A DNA stretch of 64,000 nucleotides from Macrostomum hystrix (taxonomy: Eukaryota > Animalia > Platyhelminthes), in assembly GCA_950097015.1 (NCBI GenBank), contig CATNEN010000038.1, positions 8,866,001 through 8,930,000 of the forward strand, read 5' to 3'. This document shows, one piece after another, positions 34,413-45,822 of the stretch. Each line of letters opens with the position of its first letter. The stretch's first letter is position 1. A model generated the notes under the pieces. The model was not told where the DNA came from and did no database searches. It worked only from the letters and a program-made list of their open reading frames with translations. The position numbers were made by a program, and so were the translations under genes.

Positions 34413-35478
34413 CAGCTTTTGTCAAGCTATCTCAGCGAATGGGCATTCAAACTCAGCCAGCCCATCTTGTCACTGCGGTTTTTTTACTGAAGCTGCTAAT
34501 TTTTACCATAGACATGCATTTTAAGACCATGCTATCTCAGCTCGGGACGAGCAATCTCAGCCAACATATAAGTTCTATAGACGAGACGGGGTACAACCTC
34601 TGGACGCGCAGATCACAGGGAAGGTCGCGACGGGGTCAGCTAGTGAGACGGCGTTGCCCAACACAGAGGGGTCTAAATCTTTCCATCTGTCTGGCCGTGT
34701 CATCTGCACTCGGGTTGGTGAAGAGTGAGTTTTTCAGAGGAGGCCAGACAAAGGAGAGGTTTCAACAATTCATCAATGACCTCGTGGAGCAAGTCATCCC
34801 GGAAATCGGCAACGCCAGAGTCTTCATAGTCTGCGATGGTCCAAGCTTTCATCGTGGTGTGACAGTACCGGAGCAGCACCGCCATCAGTTTGAAATTCAG
34901 CTGCTGCCCGCTTACTCGCCGTTTCTCAACCCGTGTGAGATGGCTCATAGTGCAGTGAAGGCTTCGATCAAGCTGCAGCTCGCTGACCCCGCACTGGTGG
35001 AGGAAGAAGCTGGTGGCCGACCTGATGGAGTCACCTGCGTGGAATGGCGCATTTTTCTGCTGGAGCGAGTGGGCCGAGACTCTTTGCAAGTTGTGACGCC
35101 AATGAAGGTAGCCAGGTGGGAAATTCACTGCAACCGGAGCTTCCCAGAATGCATCCAGGAGGTACCTTTCAACTAAACTGAAATAGCCTGTTAACTGATC
35201 ATCTCTGGTAGCCATTTTCAAAGCTTGCTTTGTATATCCCATCCCATACTCTGTTTTCTGTTACCCAGTTTTTCTCTTGTAAATAGACTGTTTAAAAAAT
35301 GTTAACAAAACTATAGACAGAACAACATAGAACTTATATGTTGGCTGAGATTGCTCGTCCCAAGCTGAGATAGCATGGTCTTAAAATGCATGTCTATGGT
35401 AAAAATTAGCAGCTTCAGTGACAAGATGGGCTGGCTGAGTTTGAATGCCCATAGGCTGAGATAGCCTGACAAAAGCTA
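34413..35478 (+). mobile_element. Tc1/IS630-superfamily DNA transposon, internally deleted, retaining the DDE catalytic domain
   Basis: ~165-bp TIRs (CAGCTTTTGTCA.GCTATCTCAGC...AACATATAAGTTCTAT) flanked by TA. ORF contains IDETG...VCDGPSFH...LLPAYSPFLNPCE. Confidence 0.9.
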
Positions 35479-36275
35479 TATTAGCTCTAGCTGTATTCTA
35501 GCCGCAATCTGACTTTTATAAGCAATCTTCTAGCGATGCTTTTTCTAGCTTTCCAAAGTTATCCGGGTGGAAGATTGCGGGTCGCGCCTACTTTGTTTGG
35601 CCCGTTGTGATTTTAAAACTGTATACAAGACGGTAACTTGAACAAGTCTTAAAGCCTTGATCACTTTATTTAATTTTAAAGCTGGCCATTTTGACGTTGC
35701 GGTCAGACACAAAGCAAAACTGTCATCGTTTGTCAGATGTTTCTAGGAAACGAATCTTACTCTCGTTTCGCTAGTTCAGCATCATTTCGAGTATAAAACC
35801 AAGTGAACTGCTAGTTAAAATTTCCTGGAGGTCTTTTGACTTTCTGCTTCAAAACTTCAAAACTTCCTGCCAGGGCATTTGAAAACAACCAGGCTAAAGA
35901 ATTCGCGATTAGCATTTTTACGTTTTATAGCTGTCTCTGTGCTCTCTTCTGACAACTTCTGGTCTTAAAAAACTTAAGGCTACAGAGTCCGACTTACGCA
36001 GTTACTGGTATATTGTATGAATAGTATGGTTAATTTGAAAGGACAGCACAGAAAGTCTCACCCCCATAGACTAGTTTGGGGCAGACGGAACACAAAAACC
36101 AAATAAGTCACGTGTTTATCCGCATAAACAGTAGTACAGTAGTAAGCAGTTGAATAGTGTGTTAGACCACCACATTTGTCCCTCTTCCCCTTGCTCAGTT
36201 CCTTTCAGCGTTGTCATTGGCTAGGCTTTCTCCCAGCCTGCTCCGAGCCAAAGTGGCATACATTGTGAACTGCGG

Positions 36276-39200
36276 TCACTTGCTATAATTAGGACGAATG
36301 CCGCTTCCCACTGCCATAATGGTTTCGTATGTGTTCTCCATGCTGGGCTCTGACTTTAACCACTGCGACACGGTCTCGTGTCGCCAATCCTGATTGAAGT
36401 AGAGCGAATCCGGCGAACTTGACGGTAGATATACCTGAGTCCCTGGTGTTAGCGTTTGATTGCTGCACCGGGGATTCTGTGTGGATAAAAGGAGACGAAA
36501 TAACGAATTAAATACGAGTGATACCAGCTAGAAAATTAGTCAGCTATACTACTCGTATTGACAATGATATTAATGACTGATTACACATGCCGATTGGGCC
36601 AGATGTGCAACCGCAGCTATTGCGCGGCGCATCTGAAGGCCGGGTACGGCTGTTCAGTCCATGGACTGGGGGACGCCACACCCACCCTCAATGACCCACT
36701 TAACAGCTCGGTGAACGGAAGCAAATACTGCGTACAGTAGTCCATGGACTAGAGGAGGTTTTACAGCTTGGTGAACTTAACTGAAAGGGCCATATTATTT
36801 ATTGTTCGAATTTCTAATTTCTAAGGTGTGACTTCGCCAAAGCTTCTGCACGATTCATGTTGATCTTGATATCTTGATCTGCCTAGATTGTGTCAAGGTT
36901 CCAGAGACCCAAGGTTATCCATGCATGTAATAGTAGTAGTTCAACGTTAACAGAAACCAGTGAGTGAAGCATCACCTTATTGTGGATGACTATGTAAAGC
37001 AGCAGCAGGAACATGAGCAGTCCAGCTAGCAAAACAGCGATGCAGAGACCAACCGTCATTTGGACGAATCTCTGGGAGTCTGCAGGGGTTGGTGCCGCAG
37101 TCAAGCCCGCAGTCTGGTCATTGTCCCAGGCCCGATTGGGTTTTGTTGCTGTGGGTTGTCCTTTGTCCGCAGATTTACATTGATTATATTTAAAAAATAA
37201 ACTTTAAATCTCCCTGGTGTGTGTGTGTGTGATTTAAATTATAATCAGCATCGCCCAGTAGGTTGTCGTTTTTTTAAACTTGGCGCTAATTTAATGTTCG
37301 GCATCTCGTCATTAAAATAGTGAGAGTGTACACTGCCTAAACACCTGTGTGAGTGTGAGCCTTCCTAGATTACCAGTGTGCGTGTGTGCTCAGGAGTCAT
37401 GCAGTGAAATGAGCAGAGTTGCCTCCCCGCTGGTCGCGGGTCTAGTGTACCATTGCTCACAGCCCTCCTGCAACTATTGTTTACACATTAATATACTATT
37501 ATTGTTATTGCGCCTCCTTGTACCATCGTGGATAGAAAAATGAAATCCCACAAATATCGATAAAAGATGGGTACCTGTAGTACTTGGCTGCCCAATTGTA
37601 AGGTGAATTCCTGCGAAACTCAGAGCATCATCGTACTTATCGGTTCTGTTCGTAACAAACATTCTGAGCAGCAGCATCGTCACCTGCACAGTTGGAGTTT
37701 GATATCGATTGAAACGCTTATATAAAACAAGCTCAAGAAAGCGGGCCAATTTTTGTTTCGCATTTTCTTAAACAATAATCAAGTCGCCAGCTCTTCAGAT
37801 CATCGATATATTCAATGGTTTCTGGCCGAAGGTCAGATTTTTCCCATAAGCGCTAGTGTATTTCATGCACCCCTACCTATACACGAATTCGCACTGCGCC
37901 TCAGTGCGGCCTTGCCAGGTCTTCAAAATTTATCAGCATGTCACCCGAATGTGCCTGCATCATCTCCGTCTTCGGTGGTCACCTACCTTTATCTAGGCGG
38001 AGCTGCTGGAGCTTCAAAAAATTGAGTGTAGACAAATATCGAGGCTACAGAAGCGACAGTAGAAAAATTATGTTAGGGACTCCATTGCCTGCTGGAGGCA
38101 CTCTGCTGACGGTGCTGACGGCGTCGGGTCGTGACTGATTGGTAATTAACAGACTAGGTGAGGGTCCTGTGGCTGAGTTTCGTCCCTTATTGAGGCTTGA
38201 TCAGCGAAATTGTAGACATTTGCATCGGGGTGCACCATATCGGCTGGTGCCCCTAGTTGAATGTCCAGCAGCTCCGTCTAGATAAACTTGCGTGACTAAC
38301 AACGTTGGAGATGATGAAGGCACATTCGGATGACGTGCTGATAAAGTTTGAAGCCCTGACAAGGCCGCACTGAGGCGCATTGCAAATTCGTGTTTAGGGC
38401 TAAGAAATACACTAGCTCTTACGGGAAAAAATCAGGCCTTCGGCCAGAACAGTTGAATGTAACAACGGTCTGAAGGGCTGACGACTTGACGACATGAAAC
38501 AATTGTCATGGGGGATTCCCCTTGGTATAAAAAGGTAGCCCAACTGTTAACCGGAATGATCGGTTGTTAAAAGGCAGCCAATCACCTGAGCGCTGCACGT
38601 CACTGTGAGAACCTCTCCCTTGACAACGGAACCGTTCCTGGTCCTGGTGATGCCGCACCGAATCCAGTGGCTTTTCGAGCTTTTGAAACGGTCGCTGATC
38701 TTCACTTGTCTCGGGAAACAGTGGTCCACGTCAGCGAAGTCCACGACCCCAGCCGAGGTCCAGATTTCGATGCCGACACTTCGGTTGTAGGCTTCGTAGG
38801 CTGAGTCTGAAAATTGAAGCTTCTCGGAATGTTTCTTGATGTTTGGAAAGCGATGATCATATTAATTATTATAAGATCAGCCTGGGCATTCACGAACCAT
38901 TCCTGCCGCTGATGCTGACCGCACTCATTAGCATAGTCTCCTTGAGCTGCACCACAAACCAATGGTAGCCATCGTCCGCAAGAGCTTTATAATCGCTGTG
39001 GACAAACTGATAGCTTATATCGCCGCTAACCAATCTGTCCTCTTCCTGGGTGCTTCTGCCCCAGAAGCAGTATAGCGAAGTATTGTTATACATAGATGAC
39101 TGCCACGCGCTAAGGACCGTGCGGTTACCGATCTTCAGAGTGGCGCCGGCTGGTCCTGATTGGATAACAATCATTACAGCGAACGTCACAAAATAAAAGT

Positions 39201-40258
39201 TACGTTAACTTAAAGTCTGTACTCCGCTTGCTCATTCAGATTCAGAGTGGTGGGTTTCTAAACCTAAACTTCAGGCCTGCGGTCCCGACGAAGTTAAGTA
39301 TTCGTTAAATTTAAGTTAGTTTGTTCCTAGTAAAAATTTAAACGTTTTCTTTAATTTTATATGAGAATTTATAAACAACTTGTCTACAGTCTGCGTAGTT
39401 TCAAGAAGACATGATTTACTCGTCCACCAACTCCTTACTTTAACAGCAGGACTACCAAGCCATTTTGCGACCCGTTTTTTATACCCATGGGGGGGATTTC
39501 TGAAATTGTTTTTGGCAGCGCCCGAACGCTAACAGCGTTGGGTGGTGACTGATTAGTTGACAGCCTAGGCGAGGTCTGTCCTATGGTTGAGCTGTGCCTA
39601 GTATTGCCTGTGGTTGAGGCTTGATCAGTGAGAGTGCAGGAATTCGCGTCAGGGTGTCCACAGTGACCTAGTTCCATCTGTTGTAGTCCTTGAAGGTCCA
39701 GCAGTCCGTCTAGATACAGGTAGGTGACCACGGACGGAGATGATGCAGGCACATTCGGGTGACATAGATTTTTAAGGCCTGGCAAGGCCGCACTGAGGCG
39801 CAGTGCTAACTCGTGTATAGGGGTGTATTAAAAACACTATAGAGCATATGGAAAACATCTGACCTTCGGCCAGAAACATTGAATTTCTCGATGGTCTGAA
39901 GAGCTGGCGACTTGATTCTTGTTTTCAGAAGATGCGAAACAAAAATTGGCCCGCTTTCTTGGGTTTCGTGTGCTAGCGTTGCTCCGTTCGGGTGCAGCAC
40001 AAAAATTGTCTGGGGGAGATTAACATTAGAACTACCTACGGATTACCCCCCCGTTGTAGTTCTACTGTTAATATTTTGCCTTACCTCCCTCAATATTCTC
40101 CACTCCCTGAAACCAGGGAGTTTTTTCAGAATGATAAAAGCAGCATCACAGGTCTGGGGACACTTAAGCTTACCTTCAATGTGCCCATTGTGCACTGCCA
40201 ATGAGCATTTCGAAGACACAAGCATCGTCAGTATGGCTATGAGATATGCGCTCTTCAT
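36276..40258 (-). CDS. Orphan type-I membrane protein: signal peptide, F-type-lectin (FTP/F5-8C)-like domain, TM, Tyr-motif tail
   Basis: Phase-consistent exons 40258-40174, 39155-38898, 38806-38586, 37683-37575, 37160(or 37148)-36976 and 36476-36276 (TGA). Signal peptide MKSAYLIAILTMLVSSKCSLA. Lectin-like motifs: AWQSS, FVHS, YHWFVVQL, VSISGRND...R. TM VGLCIAVLLAGLLMFLLLLYIVI; tail ENTYETI. Confidence 0.75.
36615..36790 (-). mobile_element. SINE family A 3' fragment
   Basis: GCGCATCTGAAGGC...TGTTCAGTCCATGGACTGG...TTAACAGCT is shared with 43590-43823. Confidence 0.65.
37320..37510 (+). mobile_element. SINE family B 3' fragment
   Basis: GTGTACACTGCC...GTGCTCAGGAGTCA...GCGGGTCTAGTG...CAGCCCTCCTGCAA. 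Confidence 0.65.
37700..38535. mobile_element. Two copies of repeat family C in inverted orientation
   Basis: 37700-38025 is the reverse complement of, and 38045-38535 is direct to, 9578-10200. Confidence 0.7.
39475..40070 (+). mobile_element. Repeat family C copy
   Basis: Colinear with 9578-10130; starts TTTTTATACCCATGGGG. Confidence 0.75.
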
Positions 40259-41389
40259 GCTCTGAGGATTCAAGAAACAAGTTTTCTTTCTTTATCACAC
40301 AGCTTACTACAATGTTAATTGTAGCGTCTTGATTTTCACGCCTCCTAAGTTACTTGGCCTTTGGAGTCTTAAAAGATCAGACATACTAGAATCCACACAA
40401 TACATGCAGTTATGTACTGCTGTACACTTTCATGTGCGATTCAGGAACTTACGAAGTGCACGAGTGAACATAGCTGTTCTGTTCAGAACTTCACTGTACA
40501 ACTAAAATGTTTAACTTCGTGCAAATTTAATCATAAATAAACAAGCTATTACTCGCGAACATTATCTTAAAGTTTATGTTCACAATTTCAATTCGGGCAC
40601 TGCGGAAGGCTGTTATTGTGCAGCCAAGTTTCAATTTTTTAAACTAAACAAAATCTGAAATTTACTGCATGCCAATGACATTTTTAGGTCGTGAAAGCAC
40701 CTCCTATATGTGCGCTATGTATCGGTGACGTCAGTGTTATTTTTAGCAACAGGCCCCGCGATTTCATTGGAGTGCCCAATTTTTAATCTGCGCGAGCGCA
40801 ACAAGTACTTACAGTAATATCTTGCACTCAAGACTCAAGCCAATTGATTATTACTGCAGTCAAGGGAAACATCAATAATGGTCATTGCATTGTCGCAATG
40901 TCCTACTTATAAGGCGTCACAGGCGAATTTCTTTTTTTGACCGAAAATCCAGCAGCAGAGTGCAAATGCAGCTCCAAGAAGTAAAACAGAAAGTAACTTT
41001 GAAAGAGTGCCTGACAAGTGATAAATTTTCCGGTCCATCATCTATTCAAAATTGCATACGAGGTGGCTCATTTAGCTGAATCCTGTGCTCACTTACCCTA
41101 AGAACGCCCCTCAGAATTTTGAGACCCAACACACACAAGGACTGCTCAAGTAGCTTATTACTATATTTGGCTGGAGCACAGAATATTCGAGACACAGACG
41201 AGCCGTAATTAGTTTTTTTTTTCAAAACGGTGGTTCCATTGTAGGTTGCTTAAGTGCAAGTGCATTGCGACAACCCCAAACAGAATCGCTTACAAATAAG
41301 CGACCGAGTTTCACGGCAAAAACCTCGGCTTAAGAAGCTCTGTAAACAATTTCGAATATCAATTGCTCGAGAAGATTCAACAAGCTAAA

Positions 41390-42964
41390 ATGCTGCGAGT
41401 TCTGCTCACGTTCTGCGCTGTGGCCGCCATGTTTGGTAAATTTTGGCCTGTCGATTAGCCAATGTAGCTGGATTGCAAAATTTAAATTTATTGGTGCATT
41501 TTAGAAAGCTGTTTGGCCATCAACTGCTTCTTTCGCTTCGGCTCGTCCTCACTTAGCAATGTTACATTAACATAGAATTTTGTAGTTGTCAATGTAGAAT
41601 TTTGAGGGCGCGCAAGCGCCCGAAAAATTATGCATTGACTACTAGCAAAATTCTATGTTAATCATATTGTCAGTAACTTAAGCAATGCAAGAAATGTCTG
41701 GCATCAATAACTGCTTCACGCAGTACTCCGTGAGGAGCTATTTTCTGATTGATGATTGGAGCAAATCATTTCTATCGTTGCTAATCTAATCGATGTTTCA
41801 ATTCTCCAGATTGACGGCTACGCGGGTTGCGGCCCTTGCAGCAACTCCTCCTCCTTCGGCAAGTACTACCTCTGCAAAGAGTGCAGCGGCAACTATTGCA
41901 ACGCCTTTGGGACGTCTTCAATCAGCTGCTACACTCGGTCATCCTCGTTTTGGTCATACAATGTTGGCACCAAGACTGCCTGCCCCAGCGGAACCTCCAG
42001 CTGCTACTCTTTCTCCGTACGGAATGGTTACCTGTTTGTCTGAAAGCTAATTGAAATATGTTGCTCCATGTTTATAATATTCTGGATTCCATTTCCCAAA
42101 AGTCTAGAGCTTGAATCCAGGGACAACTAAAACCCTCGGGACGCGAAACGAGCCAATTCATGGCAAAAAATCTGAGGGGCTCGCTTAAAAGTATTGTTCT
42201 ATGGCTTTTTCAAGTCTTCTCTGCTATCAGGCATTAACAGTCAGTCAGTCAGTCACTTGTCAGTCACTCTCTAAAATTATACATTTTGGGTTTCAAGTTG
42301 TTTGGACGAGACTGGCATGCAGAATTGAAGCGGAATTATGCAGCAGTAATGACAGCAAATGATCTGGTTTCTTACCTGGAGAATATTTGGCAGCGCCTTT
42401 CTCCATCGCTCTCGCTCCTGTGGATCTCTGGGAAACGCAAATATCCGTGTTCGAACGGCTTCAGAGTTGTAATTTGACGAGCACGGAAATACGCTGCACT
42501 TTCTTGGCATTTCATCAAGTGAATAAAAAATGCTTCTCTTGGTATAGTTCAGCTTAGCTTCACTGCTGGCCGCAGCTAAAGCAATTTTAATTTGCTTGAT
42601 AGCAGAGAAGACTCGAAAAAGCCATAGAACAATACTTTTAAGCGAGCCCCTCAGATTTTTTGCCATGAATTGGCTCGTTTCGCGTCCCGAGGGTTTTAGT
42701 TGTCCCTGCTTGAATCTCAAAGATGAAGGGAAATTCGCCTATTAAATTCCAGTAGTAGGTAATAATAAGCAGCGAAAATTATTTTTCACACTTCAGGGAG
42801 GCGAACGCGGCTGTGGAAGCTGCACCACCAATTCCATATCGAGCTATGGCTGTCGCTCGTGCTCCGGTAACTACTGCAACGCGGGGTCCAAATCCTTCAG
42901 CGTCAACGCGATGCTACTCGGTGTCTCCGGCGGTGTGCTGCTGATTGTGAAGCGCCTGATCTGA
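41390..42964 (+). CDS. Two-domain Ly6/uPAR (three-finger) protein with GPI-like signal; exon 2 interrupted (possible pseudogene or disrupted allele)
   Basis: Exons 41390-41435 (signal MLRVLLTFCAVAAMF), 41505-41729 (interrupted), 41810-42016 and 42797-42964. Two repeats of C...GCG.C...C..CSGNYCN. C-terminus CNAGSKSFSVNAMLLGVSGGVLLIVKRLI*. Confidence 0.75.
41566..41662. mobile_element. ~97-bp palindromic MITE-like insertion in Ly6 exon 2
   Basis: ATTAACATAGAATTTTG...GGGCGCGCAAGCGCCC...CAAAATTCTATGTTAAT hairpin, flanked by a duplicated AGCAATG. Confidence 0.7.
42118..42708 (-). mobile_element. Internally deleted THAP-domain DNA transposon (P-element superfamily-like)
   Basis: ~115-bp TIRs beginning CAGGGACAACTAAAACCCTCGGGACGCG; 8-bp TSD CTTGAATC. 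Exon 42510-42376 encodes MPRKCSVFPCSSNY...IFAFPRDPQERERWRKAL (THAP N-terminal half), followed by CAG|GTAAG. Confidence 0.85.
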
Positions 42965-43589
42965 GCAGACTTCAAAGTTTACGAGTTAATTCAATTAACT
43001 AAATCCTGCAGTAGATTTTCTATTTTAATTTTGGTAACATTAGCTTTTAGATTCCTTTTAGATTCCACTTTTCTCAGCCTTTGTTCTAACTTATCGATTT
43101 CAACCTGTAACTGCGTGTTGCTCACTTCTAACCGAATTCTGTCGCGACGTCTTGGCCAGTAACGGCTTCAGAAATTAACTAATGAAGATTTGGTGCCTCC
43201 TCAGCCACCTGTTTCTGACTGCAGTGTTTACCTAGATTTGGCCTTTGCTTATCAAGTTTTACTTTTACTATATTATGGATCTCAACTACACGGCCCGTGA
43301 GGATCTGAGGCCATGCAGCCTAGCTATAAACTGCCTTAAGCTAAACCAGCCTGTTTTCCGAAAATAAACTTGAACCACTTTGATTAGCTACTTGCAGTAG
43401 TTCTAAAAAATAATAGCCCGTCTCGTCTTATTTGCTAAATAAGTTTGTAAATCGAAGGTCATTCACTGTACTGTTAGACATTGTAGCCACAGATACTATT
43501 AATATTTATTATATAATAATAATTTATAATATATAATTACACCTGCCCTAATTGGGTCAGATGTGCAGCCGACAGAACAGTCACAGATA

Positions 43590-43823
43590 CTGTGTGGCGC
43601 ATCTGAAGGCTGCGTACAGCTGTTCATTCCATGGACTGGGGGGGCGCCACACCCACCTTCAGTTATCCCAGCTAATGCTGGTACCCATTTAACAGCTGGG
43701 TGAACTGAAGCAATGCAGAGTTAAGTATATTGCTAAAGGACACAAATTGTTCCAGTGGAGTCGGGAATCGAACCCCCGACCTTCATGTCGTGAGTCCGAC
43801 GCCCTTACCACTAGGCTACAACC
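43590..43823 (-). mobile_element. CORE-type SINE family A, best-preserved copy
   Basis: Reverse complement reads GGTTGTAGCCTAGTGGTAAGGGCGTCGGACTCACGAC...GGTTCGATTCCCGACTCC, then TGTGTCCTTTAGCAATATACTTAACTCTGCATTGCTTCAGTTCACCCAGCTGTTAAATGGGTACC. Confidence 0.85.
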
Positions 43824-44319
43824 ATAAGGGAAATAAAAAAAGCTTTTAGTTTTGTAGTGCACGCAGTGAAACGCAGTTTTGATGCCAAAACCTTTTTTAT
43901 TAGCTGACCCATTTTGTGTGTCTGTGTCTGTGGCTGACTCTGTGGCTGTTTTAAAGAATAAGATAATGGCAGAACAGATCTCATTTCATGTCGATATAAC
44001 AGCGATGCAATACACAATGCAGTGCATGCAGGCGAGCTGTGCTCTTCTGTCTCTTTGGTTGATAAATGATATTGTTATTTTTCTAGGAGCGAACACCAAA
44101 GGGCAGTAATTGTGTTTTTATGCTTCATCACTATAACGTGTAACTTTTTGTGCTTTCGTCACATTTCGTTATATTTTTGCTATGTAGCATACCGAAGATT
44201 TTATTTTTGGGTATTCGACTGTAGTGTCGGCATGTTTATTATATAATGCGTATATTTCTACTTGAAGTAACTTATACGCGCATATTAATGTATTATTATA
44301 ATGTAATTTTATAGGTTAG

Positions 44320-45089
44320 ATGTTAGTGCATGCGCGCCCCAGCCAGGCCTACTCACGCGACCGGCCGGTCACCCTGCCAAGGCATCGGACCAACCCCGGT
44401 CTGGTGGGCCCAGCCAATAGGAAGACGGCTGGCCGATCTGATGCAACCCAATCTGATGGGGGCTGGGGCGGGCATTTGACTATATAACTGACTATTGCGT
44501 TGTGAAGGCATTGTGTATCGTTGTCTTCCTTCTCTTTTCCGTGTTGTTACGCTCCTATCTGCCGTTGCATAGTCATAGATACCGGGACAGGTAAACCGGT
44601 CCAACCAGCTGGTCGAAGAAAACCCCACACTCAATCCCACGTCAGTAAGTAGCTTGCGCTGAGCTGGGCACGTCTGGCCAACTGCTGACGGAGTGTTAGA
44701 CAGGGATTGGCAAGCACAGAAGTACTCTCCATATCGCCGACAATCATCGGTGGGACGCCGTCGAATTGACATTTGGTGTGGCACGATAGAACTATCGTTG
44801 TGCCATAGTGCGGAAGTGCTTGCTGGTCGCCTCGGTTTCAGACAAGGGACTTTGGGTTAGGTTTCGTGTTATTGGGCCTCGTTATTTGTCTTGTTTTGTT
44901 ATTGGGACTATCTGGTTTCTTGTCTAGGAGTTAATTGTCGTGTTATGTTCCTGAGTTCTTGTTATCGCCCAGAGCATTATCGAGTAGAGTTCTCGTTTTG
45001 TTGTTCTTGTGTTGAGGTTATTGAGATTTTGTTAAGTAAATTACCTGCAGTGCGAATTGCGAATTAAATATTGAATTGAATTAAGTACA
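44320..45089 (+). mobile_element. LTR-like segment (possible solo LTR)
   Basis: Abrupt GC-richer block beginning TGTTAG and ending ...AAGTACA, with TATATAA near 44481 and ATTAAA near 45063. No TSD or second copy seen. Confidence 0.45.
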
Positions 45090-45095
45090 GTACCT

Positions 45096-45129
45096 GGGTT
45101 AGGGTTAGGGTTAGGGTTAGGGTTAGGGT
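45096..45129 (+). repeat. Interstitial telomeric repeat (GGGTTA)5+
   Basis: GGGTTAGGGTTAGGGTTAGGGTTAGGGTTAGGGT. Confidence 0.9.
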
Positions 45130-45822
45130 AACTAATTATACACAGGTTTCTCTTATTAATGAATTAACACTTAAAATATCAGCTGTTTAAGCTTGGACTT
45201 TTGAATCGTCTTGTCTTCGTTATTTTCGAGTTACGGCAATAGAATCTCTCGCGAAGAGTTGGGCACATACTCTTTGGATCAGCAGGACAGACAGCTAGAA
45301 TACTTTTTCTTATTTATTCTCATAATTCTCAAGAATGTATTATTTATAATTGCGCACTCACTAGTAGCCGATTTTTTTAATCAGGAAATTTTAAGTCACA
45401 ACAAATCGAGAGAGAAATTAAACAATGCAAGAAAAAGCCAATAAAACAATAAAAATTTCAGTTGTCGCACGCATCATCGCATTATTTTCGCATGACCGTT
45501 ACTGCATTATCGCATATATTGGAGCACACCATATGACATACTCGTTAATTGTATATTGAAAAACTTATTCAGAGAAAGAAAAAGTTTATATATTTTATAT
45601 TCGCAGCGATTTAGTCAAATTTGCTGCGGGTAAAAAACTGATTAAAATAAAGTTATTACCATAAATAATGCTTCAAGATAGTGACAAAGTTTCTTCTAAT
45701 TTAATAAATTATGCATGTAAACAAGTGCTGAAAGTTTAAGCCTGCGCAGTATTGTTATGTGAGTACAAAAAAGCACTCACATAAAAAAGTGATCAGTGCC
45801 CTTGATATCGTGCGGCGTGCAA

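Noticed and set aside
43755-43823. tRNA-like sequences (also ~580, 14935, 18490, 63050)
   Set aside because: They have imperfect cloverleaves and are attached to repeat bodies, so they are SINE heads rather than tRNA genes.
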